Source of the DNA: Enoplolaimus lenunculus
Taxonomy: Eukaryota
DNA: 64,000 bases
Direction of reading: 5' to 3'
NCBI GenBank assembly: GCA_030248215.1
Contig: JASANG010003930.1
Coordinates: forward strand, 372,001 to 436,000
Shown: positions 11,901-25,538 of the stretch, piece by piece
Numbering within the stretch: the stretch's first letter is position 1
Layout of the letters: the number at the start of each line of letters is the position of its first letter
Notes under the pieces: model-generated
The model's database searches: none
What the model was told of the DNA's origin: nothing
What the model saw: the letters and a program-made list of their open reading frames with translations, nothing else
Position numbers and translations under genes: made by a program

Positions 11901-14900
11901 GCCACAACGTCACCTTGCGGTATTGTACGTGAATCACACACGTTCAATACCGTACGATGCCCGACGGCGCCGCACAAGTATAGCGCCACACTGAAACCGA
12001 CGAACATAGAGTGAATCATCGGAAGGTAATAAAAAGCAAAACACGATGAATGATTTTAATACAATAGGCTCTCAAAATTTAATTTCCAGCTTTCAAGAAA
12101 ACGTCGTAAGATTGAATAAATAATGGCGGCGACTGACAAAGCTCATACCCACCGATAAATGACCTTCGTGATGGTCCGGAAAATGTTTATACAAATAGGA
12201 CGACGTGATTAGCTGCAGTACAGTGTCTCCAAGAAATTCCAGTCGCTGATTGTGACCTCTAAAATACAGCGAAAAAACTAAATTTCATGTAACCCAAACA
12301 ACAGTCTGGAACACGCCAAATTGAAACTTGACCAAACTGAACAAAATTGTAAAATGTGAAATGTTTTAATACTATACATTCCCTAGTGAGGTGAATAGTA
12401 AGACAACCAAGCTTCTACGACTCCAGTCTCTCTTATAATTAGTTGCAACATTTAAAAATAAATACCCGGACCCAGATTTTTCTGAAAAAGAAGCCCGGAC
12501 ACGGATCCGGAATTTTTAAGAATGCAAACACGGACCCGGACTCGCAATTTTAAGAATGCAAACCCGGACCCGGATTTATTTTTCGAACAAGCCCGGGCCC
12601 GGAATTTTTATTACTTAAAAACTAAACATGATCCTAATTTTTTAAACACGGGAAAGAATTTCTGTCTCCATCCATTTCTAACAGCTCAGTATTTAAAATA
12701 TTACTCGCAGTATGCAATGCGAATGAACTAATGTCATTCACAAAAATTTATTTCAAGTAAATCATAAAACAATGGACTATCCTTGCTATGGATGTGTCGA
12801 TATCAAAGTTTTTGTCCGGTGCCAATATCGATTATTTTGAAGATATACCGATGCCGATAGCTATTCAAAGTTTAATAAACAATCTAGCTACTAGATTACA
12901 TTAAACAATTTTGGGTGAGTGATAGAAACCTGACCTAAGTCCGTTGACCTATATGTGTATCGCGAAGCTATAGCTAGAGCCTAATATAGCATTTTTCACA
13001 GGTTCCTGGACGTTGAAGCAATCGTTAACCAAGCAATCTTTGATTTAACCAAGCAATCTTTGATTTGGCGATAGATACTAAACTTAAGTTAAATGTCAAA
13101 TTACTAACTTAAAATGAGACGTCATGTCTCTGTATCCCGACCATTCCAACCGTTCCTAATTGAGCATTCGTAATCGTAACCCAAGTATACCTGCTTACGT
13201 TAACTTACTCAACAAAGGTGAAGCCAAGCCTGTTGACCAACTTTTTCATTCTGCAGCTTGCTTTTACATACGACATGCAATCGTTGTGTTAAGAGACATG
13301 TTGGGTGTGTTTTGTTTCTAATGTATGCGTAAGTGTTTCACACAGTTAGTGTTGGTTGTGCAAAATCTATTTTTGGTACGATACAGTTACTATTCAGAAT
13401 GTAGGCGTGGGAAATTAATAAAATCACTAAGCTAATTTTGTTCCGGTTATTTTGTCAGGGTATTTTTGCAATACCCGGACCCGGAATTTATTGAAGCGAA
13501 AACCGGGACTCGGATCCGGACCCGGAATAACCGGAATACTCGGACCCGGATGCAACTCTCCTCATAATTGACCTCCACTTTTTAAGCCCCCTCCACCCCA
13601 GCAGACAGAAGCATGTTAAAATTTGTCGATTTTTAAAGTAAATGTGCACAAGGTTTAACATCGTAGATGAATTTTGTGTAGCTCCTACAAAATAAATAAG
13701 TACCTAACGTAGGCGCAAAGAGCACAAACACGAATTTTTAGTACAAACACCTTTCTCAAGCATTTCGCCTCCCCCCTCTTCTCAGCACAGCCAATCAACC
13801 CTGACTGAGAGAAACCGGCACAAAGGGAATCAATATAACTTACAACGTTAAAAAATTATATCCAACATTACGTCGAGTAAAAGCTCTCGCGAGCAAACGA
13901 ATATGATTAAATCGGATACCGGTAATATCTTCCAAACGCGACAACTTCTAGAAATGCACATAACACAGTATTAATGATTAAAATACACAATAAAACGAAC
14001 AGCAAGTAGTTTACTGAAAACACGTAAAAACCCAATTTATAGCTTTCTGTAAATAGTGTCTTGCAGACATATTGAAATTATATATGACTAAGACTCTTCG
14101 TCATTTTGCTTTTGGAATTCCAAAATCAAATGTATCCCAATTATAAAATGGAATATAACCTTTAGTGGGACTACGGTATCGATCCAGTGCCGGTCACCGT
14201 TAGGCTCCAGTTCTTGCAGTGGATGCTTGGGTAGATGAACCCATATATAATGCGCTTGCTCGTCCGAACCAGGAGGAAACAATGCTTCAGCCAACACCCG
14301 ATCCGCTTCCTTTAAGCCGCCATCGAGATAAATGGCAGCTGTAAACAAAAATAATAAAATGTAACATTCTTCTCGTTGTCGCGGGTTGCGGATGTACTTT
14401 TATCTCAATCGATCAGTCACGATGGCTCGGACCCGAACTTTCTTGGTGCCATCAAAATTTCAAAATTTTAAATGCAGAAAAGCCAAAGTAAAAAGATCAA
14501 AAAATTTTAATTACACTTGAAACTATCACGTATATATTTATGTGTGAAGAGTAAATAGATTTTAATAACGGTTCAATCGAAGTGTTTTACAGCAGCCTAG
14601 GTAACAAACCCCATGTCAGCAACTTTATACTTGCCCATTATTGCTTCGAAACAATTTGCCATTGCATGTCTCAAATCAGCTTCGTGACACAAATCCGGGC
14701 CGTGAGCATACAACATAAACTCGTCTAAACCAATGCGCTGAAAAATACATCATTAATAGAAGCTAGAACTGCCTCGGGCCATACTGTTTGCCGGGGCCAC
14801 AGCCGCTGTTTTAAAACTATTCACCGTTGCGGATGTTCATGTTTTGTTCATATGAAACAAAAATACATTTATTTCAACAACTAAATCTAAATCCCTGACT

Positions 14901-17900
14901 TGCTCAAGTGTAAGGAATAGCTTCAAGAGAAATCAGAATATTAAGTTCGAAAACACTCGCTAAATATATTTCAGTCGTTGAAGATGATTTTTCTAACCTT
15001 GTCCGCAACACCGTATGCCCAATTCGGCAATACTTAGCCCCGGGCCAACTCTAATATAAGCCAATATCAAATTCAAATACTTGAAATAGCAGCAAGTAAA
15101 TAACATTATTTTCGGACCGGGTTAAGACAACGTTTATATGGGGTATAATTAACTTGATAGTGTATCTTTGTCATAAAAGTTGTAATTCTTGCTTCGGGAT
15201 AACAATGACAAAATAGAAATTCTTTAATGAAACAAAATCAGTTTATAAGTCTATAGCCTTAGTGATGTCAAGCGTACGTTTCTATTAGCTACAACTTCTG
15301 TGCAACGCTCTGTCCTAACAAAATCTTTGACCGTTGAATACCAGTGCTGAAAGCAACCATAGTTGTACATAGCACTCACTTTTGCAAGCAACGCTAGATG
15401 CTTATTCTGGACAAGTGCCGATCGATATGACGCTAAACTGCCTTCTTGGTCATCGGGAAACATAAAGTACAGATGGATCGAAGTAAGAAATTCAATTACA
15501 GCATCACCCAGATATTCTAAGCGTTCGTTATTCATAATTCGTGATCGGCGAACCTTGCGTGTCCCAAGCCGAGCCATGATGTCAATTAGCGTATTGATAC
15601 CTGTAATCAGATCATATTTATTATTATTTCACGCGCACACTGACTGTATCCACAAATTGCCCCATTGAAAACTAAATAATTTGGCTTGCAAAATAAAAAT
15701 ACTGATCCAGAAGGCATAAATCTGTTGTCAATATCAGTGCAACCAGTACGTGTTTAGATTTGCAACATTGAAACAGTTTAAGTTGCTTGTTTAGCAACTA
15801 ATAAACCACTGACATTTCTGGTCAGTCATTTGTGGCGCCTTGAAACTTTACAATGCTTTAAACTTTATAGCACAAAACATTTCACAAAATCTACATTCCA
15901 TAACTCCAGGCACTGACCTCGTTTACGCGTATGACTATAGTGTATTCGTGAATCACCATACTGTGGTTGTCTCATTCCACAATTGGTAAGCGCATTGCGC
16001 GCATGATCTGGGTTCATGCCGTAATGAGTTCGATACGACGGGTGAGTAAGAGATAACTGAAAAAAACATTTTCTAACCAATTGGTTAAACAAATTAACCA
16101 ACAGTGTCGATCTACCCACATCACACGACGTGTGCTGTCTGGAGATTTTTTGTGGAAAAAGCAGCTCAGGTACTTGCATTCCATTACCAAAACGCCTGGC
16201 AAAATCGCATAACTTCCAAGCATGATAAAACTGGAAACACGTGAAATATGGCCATTGCAGCAATTAAATAATAAGCAAAAACCAGAGATAGCACACGAAC
16301 CGGTAACATTATCTACCTGCAGAACAGATCGACTTTTAAAGCGATATTTTATTCGGTCGTTTTGCAAAACTTCAAGTGCCCAATGCAATCGTAGATATTG
16401 GAACAGAACAGGTAACATTAGGGCTTGCTAAAATATACACTGAAGTTGCATGCAACGCAATTACTAAGTTAATTGCAAAATGAGCGTAAAAGTACAACTC
16501 TAATGCATCGTACAGAAATGTAACGTATGATAAATAAAGTTTGACGCAATATTAGTTAGTACATCAGACATTATGTATATTGCAGAAACAGATGCACATT
16601 TTCAAAACAGTTTTTCTATAAAATAAGAAATACATTACTAATAATGTAAAAGTTATTAACTTTGATTAGTAAATAATAATATTGCATTCAGACTCTGGTG
16701 TTGAAAACTGCAATTTGATTCACCTGAACGACGTCTGCATAAAGACCCGTACAATAGAACCCGCGGCTAGACACTTCAACAGTGACATCTCGCTTCAAAG
16801 ACCTTAAAATCAGAACATCCCTAAGTTCTATAGATATTGCTCCCTGTACATAATTATACCTTCTGAAAGCACAACAAGTGTTCTGTTCACTGATTCGGTT
16901 TGAAACAGCAGTACGTCATTTTAAAACGAGTCGTTTTGCTTAGATAATACAAACGTCAAATTCACTACTTTAAACAAAAGCAACGTATTTCAAACAGAAC
17001 TTTTTTATATTCCAGTTAGGGTTTTCATTCAAATTCTGATCTGAGTCCATCCTGCGTCCAACAAATTTTTGAATGCAAGTAGCGAATTTTCGTGTCCGCA
17101 AAAATACACCCGTAGTCATATTACGCAAAAGACCAGTTTTTTGCATTGTAACTAATTGTTATTTTGCCTGACATTAAGGTTTTTGGTTTTTGAAATGAAG
17201 TATAGACCAAGTTTTTTTTAAATTTGAAAGAATAACATTTTTGTACAAATAAATTTTAATAGTTTTTTTACAAAAAAATGACTGCAACATTCGCATCATA
17301 AATGAAGTCAAGGCATTAACATGCCTAAGGCTCTAGAACTATTTTTAAAACAATAATGGTCAAACTCTGCGATTGCGTCTAGCTTGCGTCCAGAAAAACA
17401 GTTTGGGACCCGTTCAGAAAAGCTAGTGACCGGACTCACTTGTGGATTCAATAAAAACGTAAGTTCCACTATTACACAACTAAACATATCTGCCGCCAAC
17501 TCTAACGATTTTCGGTATAAAATTAGAATGATTTACACTTTCAATGCCAGGGTGCAACCGAAATTCCGGTTCCGGCATTTTTTCACCTTCCGGTTCCGGT
17601 GCCGGTAAATTTTTACCGGATTTAAAAATTCCGGTGTTAAAATTTGGCCGTTTTCTTAACTTTGCTAATTTTTAAGAATCTCTTTTGAAAGCGACTTGTA
17701 CTCCGAATATAAGCCATTGATGGTGGATTTCACTTCAGTCGATGATGAAAATCTAAAATACAACAAATAAAATAAATACCTATGTTCGACTAAGGTTACT
17801 TCACAAATAATAGAGCAAAAATAAGATTAAAATGAAATTTTTGGTGAAATGCATTTTTCACTTTCCGTTTCCGGTTCCGGTAAAATTTTCAAATTCCGGT

Positions 17901-20900
17901 TCCGGTAAATTGTAATTGCGCTTGCACCCTGTTCAATGCCTGTGTGACAAGAAATTTATCCAACTTACGCTTTGGCACGAAGCTTCTGCAGGTGAGCTTC
18001 TTTTTGAGCAAGCTTCGTTCGGTCGTCGGTTAAAATTTTGGGTTTGTTGGCCAACAAATGTCGAAATTTCACGTACTGTTTGCAGCATTTCTGATACCTG
18101 CAATAGCCAAAATAAATCTGCAGAAACACAACGTACTGCTGTTAAAAGCAACGTGTAATGGAAATGAAATAGGAATTTTATACAGTTCAAACCAGCACTC
18201 CGAGTTCGATAAAATGTCGTAAAAAATCGCGCCCTTGTAAAACTGTTTGATTGTAAAACTTGTTCAACAACTGAGCACATAGTAATAATTAGTAATTATA
18301 CTTAAAATTATTTATTTCCTTTGGTTTCAACTTACTCTGGATTACCGGCATACGTTAACATAGCCGGTTTGACGCCAAAATGGACAATAATAGGATAATG
18401 ATCACTTTCTTCCGGCGAATCAAGATTTACTAACCCACGATCAAGCTGGTCAAGGCGAATTGTTGATGGAAGCTAAACGAAAAAACATTTTCGCCGAATA
18501 GTAAGTTTCTAAAAAATCTTAAATTTCCAAAATTTAACCAAAAGCAATAGTTTTAATAAGCTAACGCCGAGTGATTCCCAATATTCTAACACAATACACG
18601 AGGTAGCGAGGACTAATCATAAACCCAAATTCACAAATACTCACCGTAGATGGATTATGCACAAGCTGTCCTCGTAGTAACTGAACCAACCCATCCCATT
18701 CTGGCTCAAGCATACGCGCATAAAGACCTGGGTCTGGCACAAGAGGTAGTTTGCAATGGAACAAATAGCGAACGATTTCACTGGCCGCTAATATCTCAAT
18801 ACCACCGTCTAAAATATACACAGGCTTGCGCAAAGTCTGCTCACTTCAAACTTAGTAATCGCAAAAAAGCGTACGGGATGAGGGTAACGCAGCTTCAAAC
18901 AAGATTTGCAATAACTACATCGCATTCTGACCAACATGTCAAAACAATTATGCAATTGTGGTTTTCAAAGCGTTAATGCGTAATAATTTTCTATTTTACA
19001 CAGGATGTTCAATATTACGGTATTTTATTTACAAATGAACAGGGTAATAGTTCATGTAGCGTGGTTATTTACCTGGTACTTCTCGAGTAAACCTTGGTAA
19101 CACGTGAAACAGTTTACAGCCGGATGACGCCCCACTGGGCATAACAGATAAATCTAATAGTTGTAACATTTCGACGAACAGATAGTCCCAAATAATATCT
19201 AGATCGCCAATAGTGAAGCGCTAAAAAATTACAGTCATAATATAACTTACTCAACGCTTTGTGTTGTGTTATTATGTTTTTAGGTTAAGTTTGTTCTGCT
19301 GACAAAATTAAAAACAATTTTTGTGGCCGAAATATAGTGGCTGCCTTCTGACAACGGGCTCAAAATGCATTTTATATATAACTTAACTGCCAACTAAACA
19401 AATTAAAACTAACCTCAGGGATTTCTTCATTAATATATTCAATAACGTATTCAATATTGTACCGAACAACCCGACAGATAGGAAGCTGAAATACGCACAT
19501 ATTTCTTTCTTTACAACAAATATAACTATAGTAATATTCTGTTGCCCCCTTAGAACTTATGTTACGGCTAATTCCACATCACAACAAAATAACCAGCGCA
19601 GCGTAAACGAGAAGTCTGAATGTACAACTAAATTCTCATGTAACACTAAAAGAAAAATATTTTAGTGAGCTACTTTATCAGCAATCGAAGTATGTGTAAG
19701 CAGTGAAAATCCATCAAATTCATACGTATGTCCGTCAAAATTGATTGTTGTAGGAGGATTAACCTAAAACGTACAAATAATTATTTTTCAAAAAACAGTT
19801 GAGACAAATTAAGATATCCATAATCAGGGATGGGCGGTCTCGGTCAAAAAAGCAAGACCGAGATCGAGACCAACCAACCAACCAACCCGAGACTTTTGGT
19901 CTCGGTCTCGGTCAATTTTTAACCGTTGCCGAAACTATAAATACAACTTTTTAGCAAAACTTTTGAATATTTTCATCTGCTTTGAATTGCCGCTTCATAC
20001 AATTAAACTTATAAATCGCGCTAAAATTGACTTTTTACTTTATTTTTCACTTTGCTACTGTCGCCATACCCTTAGAACAGGCTGGTGACAATCACACTGT
20101 CTCAAAACACCCTCGTTTAAACGCGAAAATGCAACTATTTGTTCTTTGTCACAATATATCAAAGTGTTTTCGGTTTCCTGACAAAAAATTCTCAAATCGT
20201 TGTATAATCAGGTAGCAGTTCTCTACAATCGTTCGCTGTCGGTGACGGTAGGCGAAATGCGCAAGTACTTCCGGGCCAAAACTGCGATCTAAGAAAAAAT
20301 TTTGTGATTGCTTATCGCTTTTCACCTTTTTGGTCTTGGATTGCAAACCACCAAGACTGAAAAAAGCGAGACGGAGAAAGAGAACAGCCAAATCCCGAGA
20401 CTTATCAAGACCTAGACCTACCATCCCAGGCTAGGCTGTCAAGTAATTACAATATAGTGTACTAAAGACAATTAAATGGTTCTTTACGTTTATTGGCATA
20501 CCTTCATGTTTTTCGACGGTGTAACGCATATTCTGTAATGAAACAACCTGTTGCTGTTGTTAGAACTTGGGTCGCACGGAGGGATTTCCTAGATAAGAGA
20601 TTAAAAAACTGTTTTATGAAAGAAAACACACAACCAGAAAAAATTAAACAACTTGTACATCTTTTGTAAATAATGGCTGGATTTCTGATATCGTACTTAT
20701 TTGCGACTTCAAACTAAATTCTCGCTAAGCGAGGTAAATTAGTATTTTATGGTTTCTAACCGTACTTAAGTAAATACTTAAATAATAAACTAGTTATGCC
20801 ATACTAAACTTGGGATAATTGATGGTACATTCGAATACAAAGCAAAACTTTGGCCTCCTTGTTACGGCAAGTTTTCAAAATTGTCGCTTACCTATTTTTC

Positions 20901-23900
20901 CTCAAAAAGTTTAGCAGTTACCCAAGCCTACAACATTAGTAAGCATTTAAGCATAACTTAAATGCATACTTAAGTAAGATTTCCGTAACCCAGCGATTAT
21001 CTATGTCCAACAAAATATTAAACGGAATTAACTTTGCTGTTTTAGTTGAGCAAATCATCAATACAATCTCAGAAGCGTGGAACAACAGCTTTTACCTTCT
21101 CGCCAGGATAAATATTATGGCGCATTCCAGTTTGACGAGATCTCCAACTACAACGACATAGAGGGCCATCGTTCATCTGAAGTGTATAGATAGAACGTTT
21201 ACGACAAACAAAAACAAATTATTGTAAAATTGTTAGATCCAGTTACAAAATTTTAAAAAATAAAAGTTTTAATAAACAAAATTTATATATGCAACAATCC
21301 AAGAATTTGCAAACCCATTTTTATAATATAAAAACAGTTAAAAATTAAATTTTATTTTTTAAACTTCTAGTTAAGCAAAAAACGAAATACGTACCGTTTC
21401 GAGTCAAACCCCTTTGTGATTTCTGTAAAAGGATTTTAGATACTTCAGGATGTAACTAAAGAAACCCCCATACGAAACATTTATAGAACGTAACCCGAAC
21501 CCCCTTCCCAAAATCTTGGATACACTAATGATATTTACATAATATACCTGTTCAGCCTCATTGAACCATAAGTGATCGTGAAGCCGGTCAGGATGAGCAA
21601 TCTTGCGTCTCATTTCTTGTTGCGCGAACTTCCATCGTACATTTTCATCATTATCGCTATCACTTGCTGAGCCACTATTACTGTCACAATCAGACACTTC
21701 AGTCTCGTCAGAACTCGTATCACTATCGTCTACAAATTATTGATGCAACCAAGTAACACAAAAATTCTATTAAAACTCATGAAGGCTGCAAAACTGTGCC
21801 AGTGCGCCATACACTCAATCTTTCAGAGCTTATATATCTTTTTACCAGGCTTATATCAGTAATGACTATATTCTTCGCAATACAACTGTACTTGCACGCT
21901 ATGCGCTCGATATCGCTATTGAAAATAGATTTATCTCCTACGTTTACTGTTTTATAACAATATATGTTATGTGGCATGGCACAGAGTGGTTTAATTGAAA
22001 TCAGTTTTGAAACTTATAGTTGGTTTTTGTCCATAGCAAATTGTAGTTGTCAATATAAAACTAGATTGGTGATTCCAGAAAAATATATTTATTTCTAATT
22101 ACCAGCGTGAACTCATTTCTGCGAAAATTTATTCGCACAATTTTTTGAGCTGTTGAAACGATTGCGTGTTTAATCGAAACAGGAATTGAAATTTTTCATC
22201 ATTGTTTTCAGGGTACTAAACTGTTATCTCCACATGAAACGCCTCTCGCCTTCCTCGCGGTTCATTTGCACTTGCAAATAATGTATTGCTTTGTTCCTAA
22301 TTTTCGTTGTATGTAATATATTGTGAATCGTGTGCAAATTGCGAACCTAAACCAACCCCGGAATTTGAGCAAAGATAAATACGGTCACACGGCTACATAA
22401 TTTCAAACTAAAATGTCCTAAATACTAAAACCAATACAATGATGCTTGCAGCAACGGCCCGAGTGAGTAGCAGCAGGTTGTGGTGCCGGTGTTGAATATT
22501 TTGATCCTCGGATCTTCTTGGCATCTTGTGCTCCATCGATAAGCGCTTTCCGGGCAATTTCATGCAGTTTAAGCAACTTTTCAGTGGCATATAATACAGC
22601 AGGATTCTAGAAAACATCAATGTACATGCTACTTTAACTTAGGCTGCAATTTCTCAGAATTAGAATTCCACTTGCACCTTAAACGTATAATATCGGTACC
22701 GCAAGTCGAATTGTCGATCTTTACCTTGTATTTTCACAAAACATATAAGCAAGCCATTTAACTGAAAGTCAAAACATATCAGTCAGCATGAACTAACCTA
22801 ACCGATTGAACTGGAAAGGAAATAAACGAGCTAATTTAACACTGCGTCCAGAATTATTTCCCGCATTTATTTCATAAAATATATATTGACAGCTGTTTTG
22901 CGGCGGATTAAACATGGAGTCCAGTGGGCGCGGGCCCGGGTGTCTCACGAACCGCAAAACAAAAACATAACATTCATTGGAAAACAAACCATCGTCATCA
23001 CTTAATATACCTCTTTAGTTTGAGTATAAAACGGCTTTGCATGGGAACTTTGAGTCCAATACGACACCTTCGGTATTGAAGGACAATCGTCGGTTTCATC
23101 TTCAGTTTCCGACAAATCAGAACCAACATACTCATCAACATCATCACTGCTCAGTGAAATATGTCCGTCACTCACGTTTCCATTACGACTAAAATTCATA
23201 CAGTACATTTACTCGTACCAGGGTGCAACCGAAATTACAATTTAATGAAAAAATGAAGGAAGCGGAATTCCCGTTGCCACCTGAATCATACTATTCTACG
23301 TTTCTGTATTGTTGCGTTCAGTTCCAATATTTGATCGGTCAATGTTACTTTTGAGGTCATCCAACATTTTCTAGGTACTTTTTTACGCTGAAGTTTAGGC
23401 TTAGGAATAGGAAAGAATACGCTGAGATACTGTGACGCCCCTAAACGTTGACAAAAATACAAACGGTGGTTTTAAATTTTGAAGGTGTTAAATATATTCG
23501 GCAAGCGAAAATGCCGCAGCCGGCTGAGTTACACCGGAATTCCTGCTAAAATCGACTCCTGTTCCGGCATTGCTGAACGCAAGAACCGGAAATTTTACGG
23601 CGTTGTGCCAAATCATATAGACATTAAAAATTTTGCACATGCTAATTAGGCGAACTTGATACATTTCACCTCGTTCAATTTAGTTAATATATTGTTAAAT
23701 TCGGTGTTAATTTTTCAAATTCGGGTTCCTGTTCCTGTTCCGACAAAAAAGTTCAATTCGTGTTCCGGAAAAAAGTTTAATTCCTGCATCTGTTCACGCA
23801 AAACTTAGTTTCTGTTGGAATGGCAGCCGAATAACACCGATTTTTTGCGATGCCGGATATTCTGTCGCGTCTGTATCAGGGTTCCAACTGAATTAATGTT

Positions 23901-24782
23901 CCGACCGGAATTCCTGCAAAAATCTATTTCTGTTCCTGTTCAGGCATTGCAGAAAGCAGGAATAGAAATATTATCGGTGCTGCGCTAAATCATTTAAACA
24001 ATGAAAATTTTGTAGCCGCTAAATGATTAGCTCGAAATAAACGTCTTCATTTGTTCTATTTAGGTAAAAAGGTGTAAAGGGTTACGCTATACTTTTGTTG
24101 GCGTCCGGCGCCGTTCGTCACCCATCCGTCCTCGTTCGGCGCCGTCCGTCGTCGTCCGGCGCTGTCCGTCACTATACGGTATCATACATGTGTATTTTGC
24201 GTACGATAACGCACGATGACGGTGTTGAAGGTTTGCGAAAAAATATCGTGAGAACAGGTGTCACAAGTTTGCGTACAAAAATAACCGTGAGAAACAGGTG
24301 TCAGACGGCAGCGCGATAAAGGTACAAATCGTGGAAATGCATATAAAAAGTCTGAGTGATAAAAAACGTTTTACAGAAAAATCGGGAGTTATATATACGT
24401 AGAATATTTACTGGTGGAGACCAAATTATATATAATATTAAATGAAGAGTTAATTTTCCAGGGGAGATAAAATTATATACTACACCGGCTCACTTAACAG
24501 TTTTAGAAACGAATATCTGCAAAAACCTTGGGGCATACGTGACTAAGGAAAAAATAATTGAAAACATTGCACACTTCCGATTCAACGAATTTTTCGGTGG
24601 CATGTATTTTTTATTTTCCGGTTCTGGTAAACTGTAATTCCGGTTACACCATGATATATATATATGTATATATAATGAATAACAACGCAAACGTACTCAT
24701 CGTCTTCCGTTTCGGATGTATCTGACGGTTTTTGCCACTCAGTCTCTATCATGACATCGTTCAATTTCGATGATTGAGCCAT
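5956..24782 (-). CDS. DROSHA: Drosha (class 2 RNase III, Microprocessor), 24 coding exons, 2312 aa predicted including a very long C-terminal extension
   Basis: Exons in transcript order (plus-strand coordinates): 24697-24782, 23011-23188, 22438-22606, 21548-21729, 21096-21176, 20502-20588, 19674-19763, 19414-19485, 19073-19220, 18645-18808, 18336-18472, 17969-18097, 16724-16802, 16317-16427, 15918-16056, 15380-15600, 14635-14737, 14160-14338, 13844-13947, 12153-12258, 11660-11810, 10561-10643, 10125-10311, 5956-9908. Total 6939 nt, all phases compatible, 22 GT-AG introns and 1 GC-AG intron. Drosha hallmarks: [92 protein letters not shown]. Exons 1-3 are less certain than the core. Confidence 0.95.
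9793..10311 (-). other. DROSHA: Drosha dsRNA-binding domain (exon 23 and start of exon 24)
   Basis: [56 protein letters not shown] joined via a TTTTTTCAG acceptor to [38 protein letters not shown]. Confidence 0.93.
11872..11992. mobile_element. Short PIF/Harbinger-like (Tourist-type) MITE in a Drosha intron
   Basis: Imperfect TIR GGGTGGCGCTGTACTT / AAGTATAGCGCCACAC with a GC-rich core; related ends at about 24078, 37013-37189, 44481 and 57646. Confidence 0.55.
12440..13560. mobile_element. hAT-like non-autonomous element with GGACCC repeats, in a Drosha intron
   Basis: Ends TAGTTGCA / TGCAACTCTC; CCGGACCCGGA clusters near both ends; flanking 8-mers CTTATAAT (12432-12439) and CTCATAAT (13561-13568). 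Confidence 0.6.
14160..16056 (-). other. DROSHA: Drosha RNase III domain a region (exons 15-18)
   Basis: [57 protein letters not shown]; acidic catalytic positions retained. Confidence 0.93.
14339..14634 (-). other. Non-canonical GC-AG intron (Drosha intron 17)
   Basis: Only the donor ATGG|GCAAGT joined to TTTACAG|CTGCC keeps the frame and gives [13 protein letters not shown]. The nearby GT four bases further on breaks the frame. Confidence 0.8.
17548..17931. mobile_element. hAT-like MITE in Drosha intron 12
   Basis: TIR CAGGGTGCAA / TTGCACCCTG; perfect 8-bp TSD TTCAATGC (17540-17547 and 17932-17939); TTCCGG subterminal repeats. Confidence 0.88.
19825..20429. mobile_element. hAT-like MITE with GAGACC repeats in a Drosha intron
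   Basis: Ends CAGGGATGG / CCATCCCAG; GGTCTC/GAGACC clusters; left end similar to about 54483-54558. No clear TSD. Confidence 0.55.
20673..20996. mobile_element. MITE with ACTTAAGT repeats
   Basis: Ends TGGCTGGATTTCT / TAACCCAGCG; same family as 53866-56307. Confidence 0.5.
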
Positions 24783-25287
24783 CGATAATAACAACAACAG
24801 TAATCAGTTTCGAGGTTGGTTACACGGCGCCCGAAACTGTTAAGTGGTGGTGTAGGTGTTTGCCAAAAATATTTTAAAATATATCCGTATAGCTATATAT
24901 AAGTATTTATTATGCTTTGTCTATTAAGTGCATATGCTGTAATGCATTGCACTGTGCGTATATATCTTGTCGGCAACAAACGTGACGCACAACCTGCGAC
25001 CGTTGACCGGATTCCAAAAAACATCGACGCTGGAACCACGTGTCGTTTTTTGTTCCGGCTCCGACATTGTTTTGATATCCGGTCGCATCCTGCCAAATTC
25101 CCTACTATAGTTCCAGATTGCTTCCACCTAGACTGCCATGGGGGCTACACCGTAAGCGCAATGGCAAACTGCCGCATTATCAATACGGCATCCAACAAGA
25201 ACTGGGTACAGTCATAAGACCATCTTGTTGGCGATTGGGGTACGTAAACATATAGGAATATAATATTCCTGCTCATTGTATATTGCA

Positions 25288-25538
25288 AGCATGTGAGACG
25301 TGCTTGTCGATTATGTGCACATACAATATAGTGCAGTGCACTGCATGTATGCTAGCCGGCAGCATACGGTCCACATATATAGTCGACGACAGAAGCAGTT
25401 GGACAGGTGGGATACGTAGCGCACTGGTAACAGCGTCTGCCTGACACGCAGAAGGTCGCTAGTTCGGAACCACCCGTAACTCGCTTTTCCAAGCTGCTGC
25501 GCTGAGACTCTGGTCCCGGTTCCCACCTAAACTAACAA
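25288..25538 (+). mobile_element. Dispersed repeat with an internal tRNA-Val-like segment (about 25410-25482)
   Basis: A-box-like TAGCGCACTGG, anticodon arm TCTGC-CTGACAC-GCAGA, degenerate B-box AGTTCGGAACC, then TTTT. Both flanks are similar to the inverted copy at 37749-37990. Confidence 0.6.

Larger units (their letters stand above)
10561..13947 (-). other. DROSHA: Drosha RNase III domain b region (exons 19-22)
   Basis: [66 protein letters not shown]. Confidence 0.93.

Noticed and set aside
25410..25482. Functional tRNA-Val(GAC)
   Set aside because: T-arm and acceptor stem are broken, and it is embedded in a dispersed repeat.
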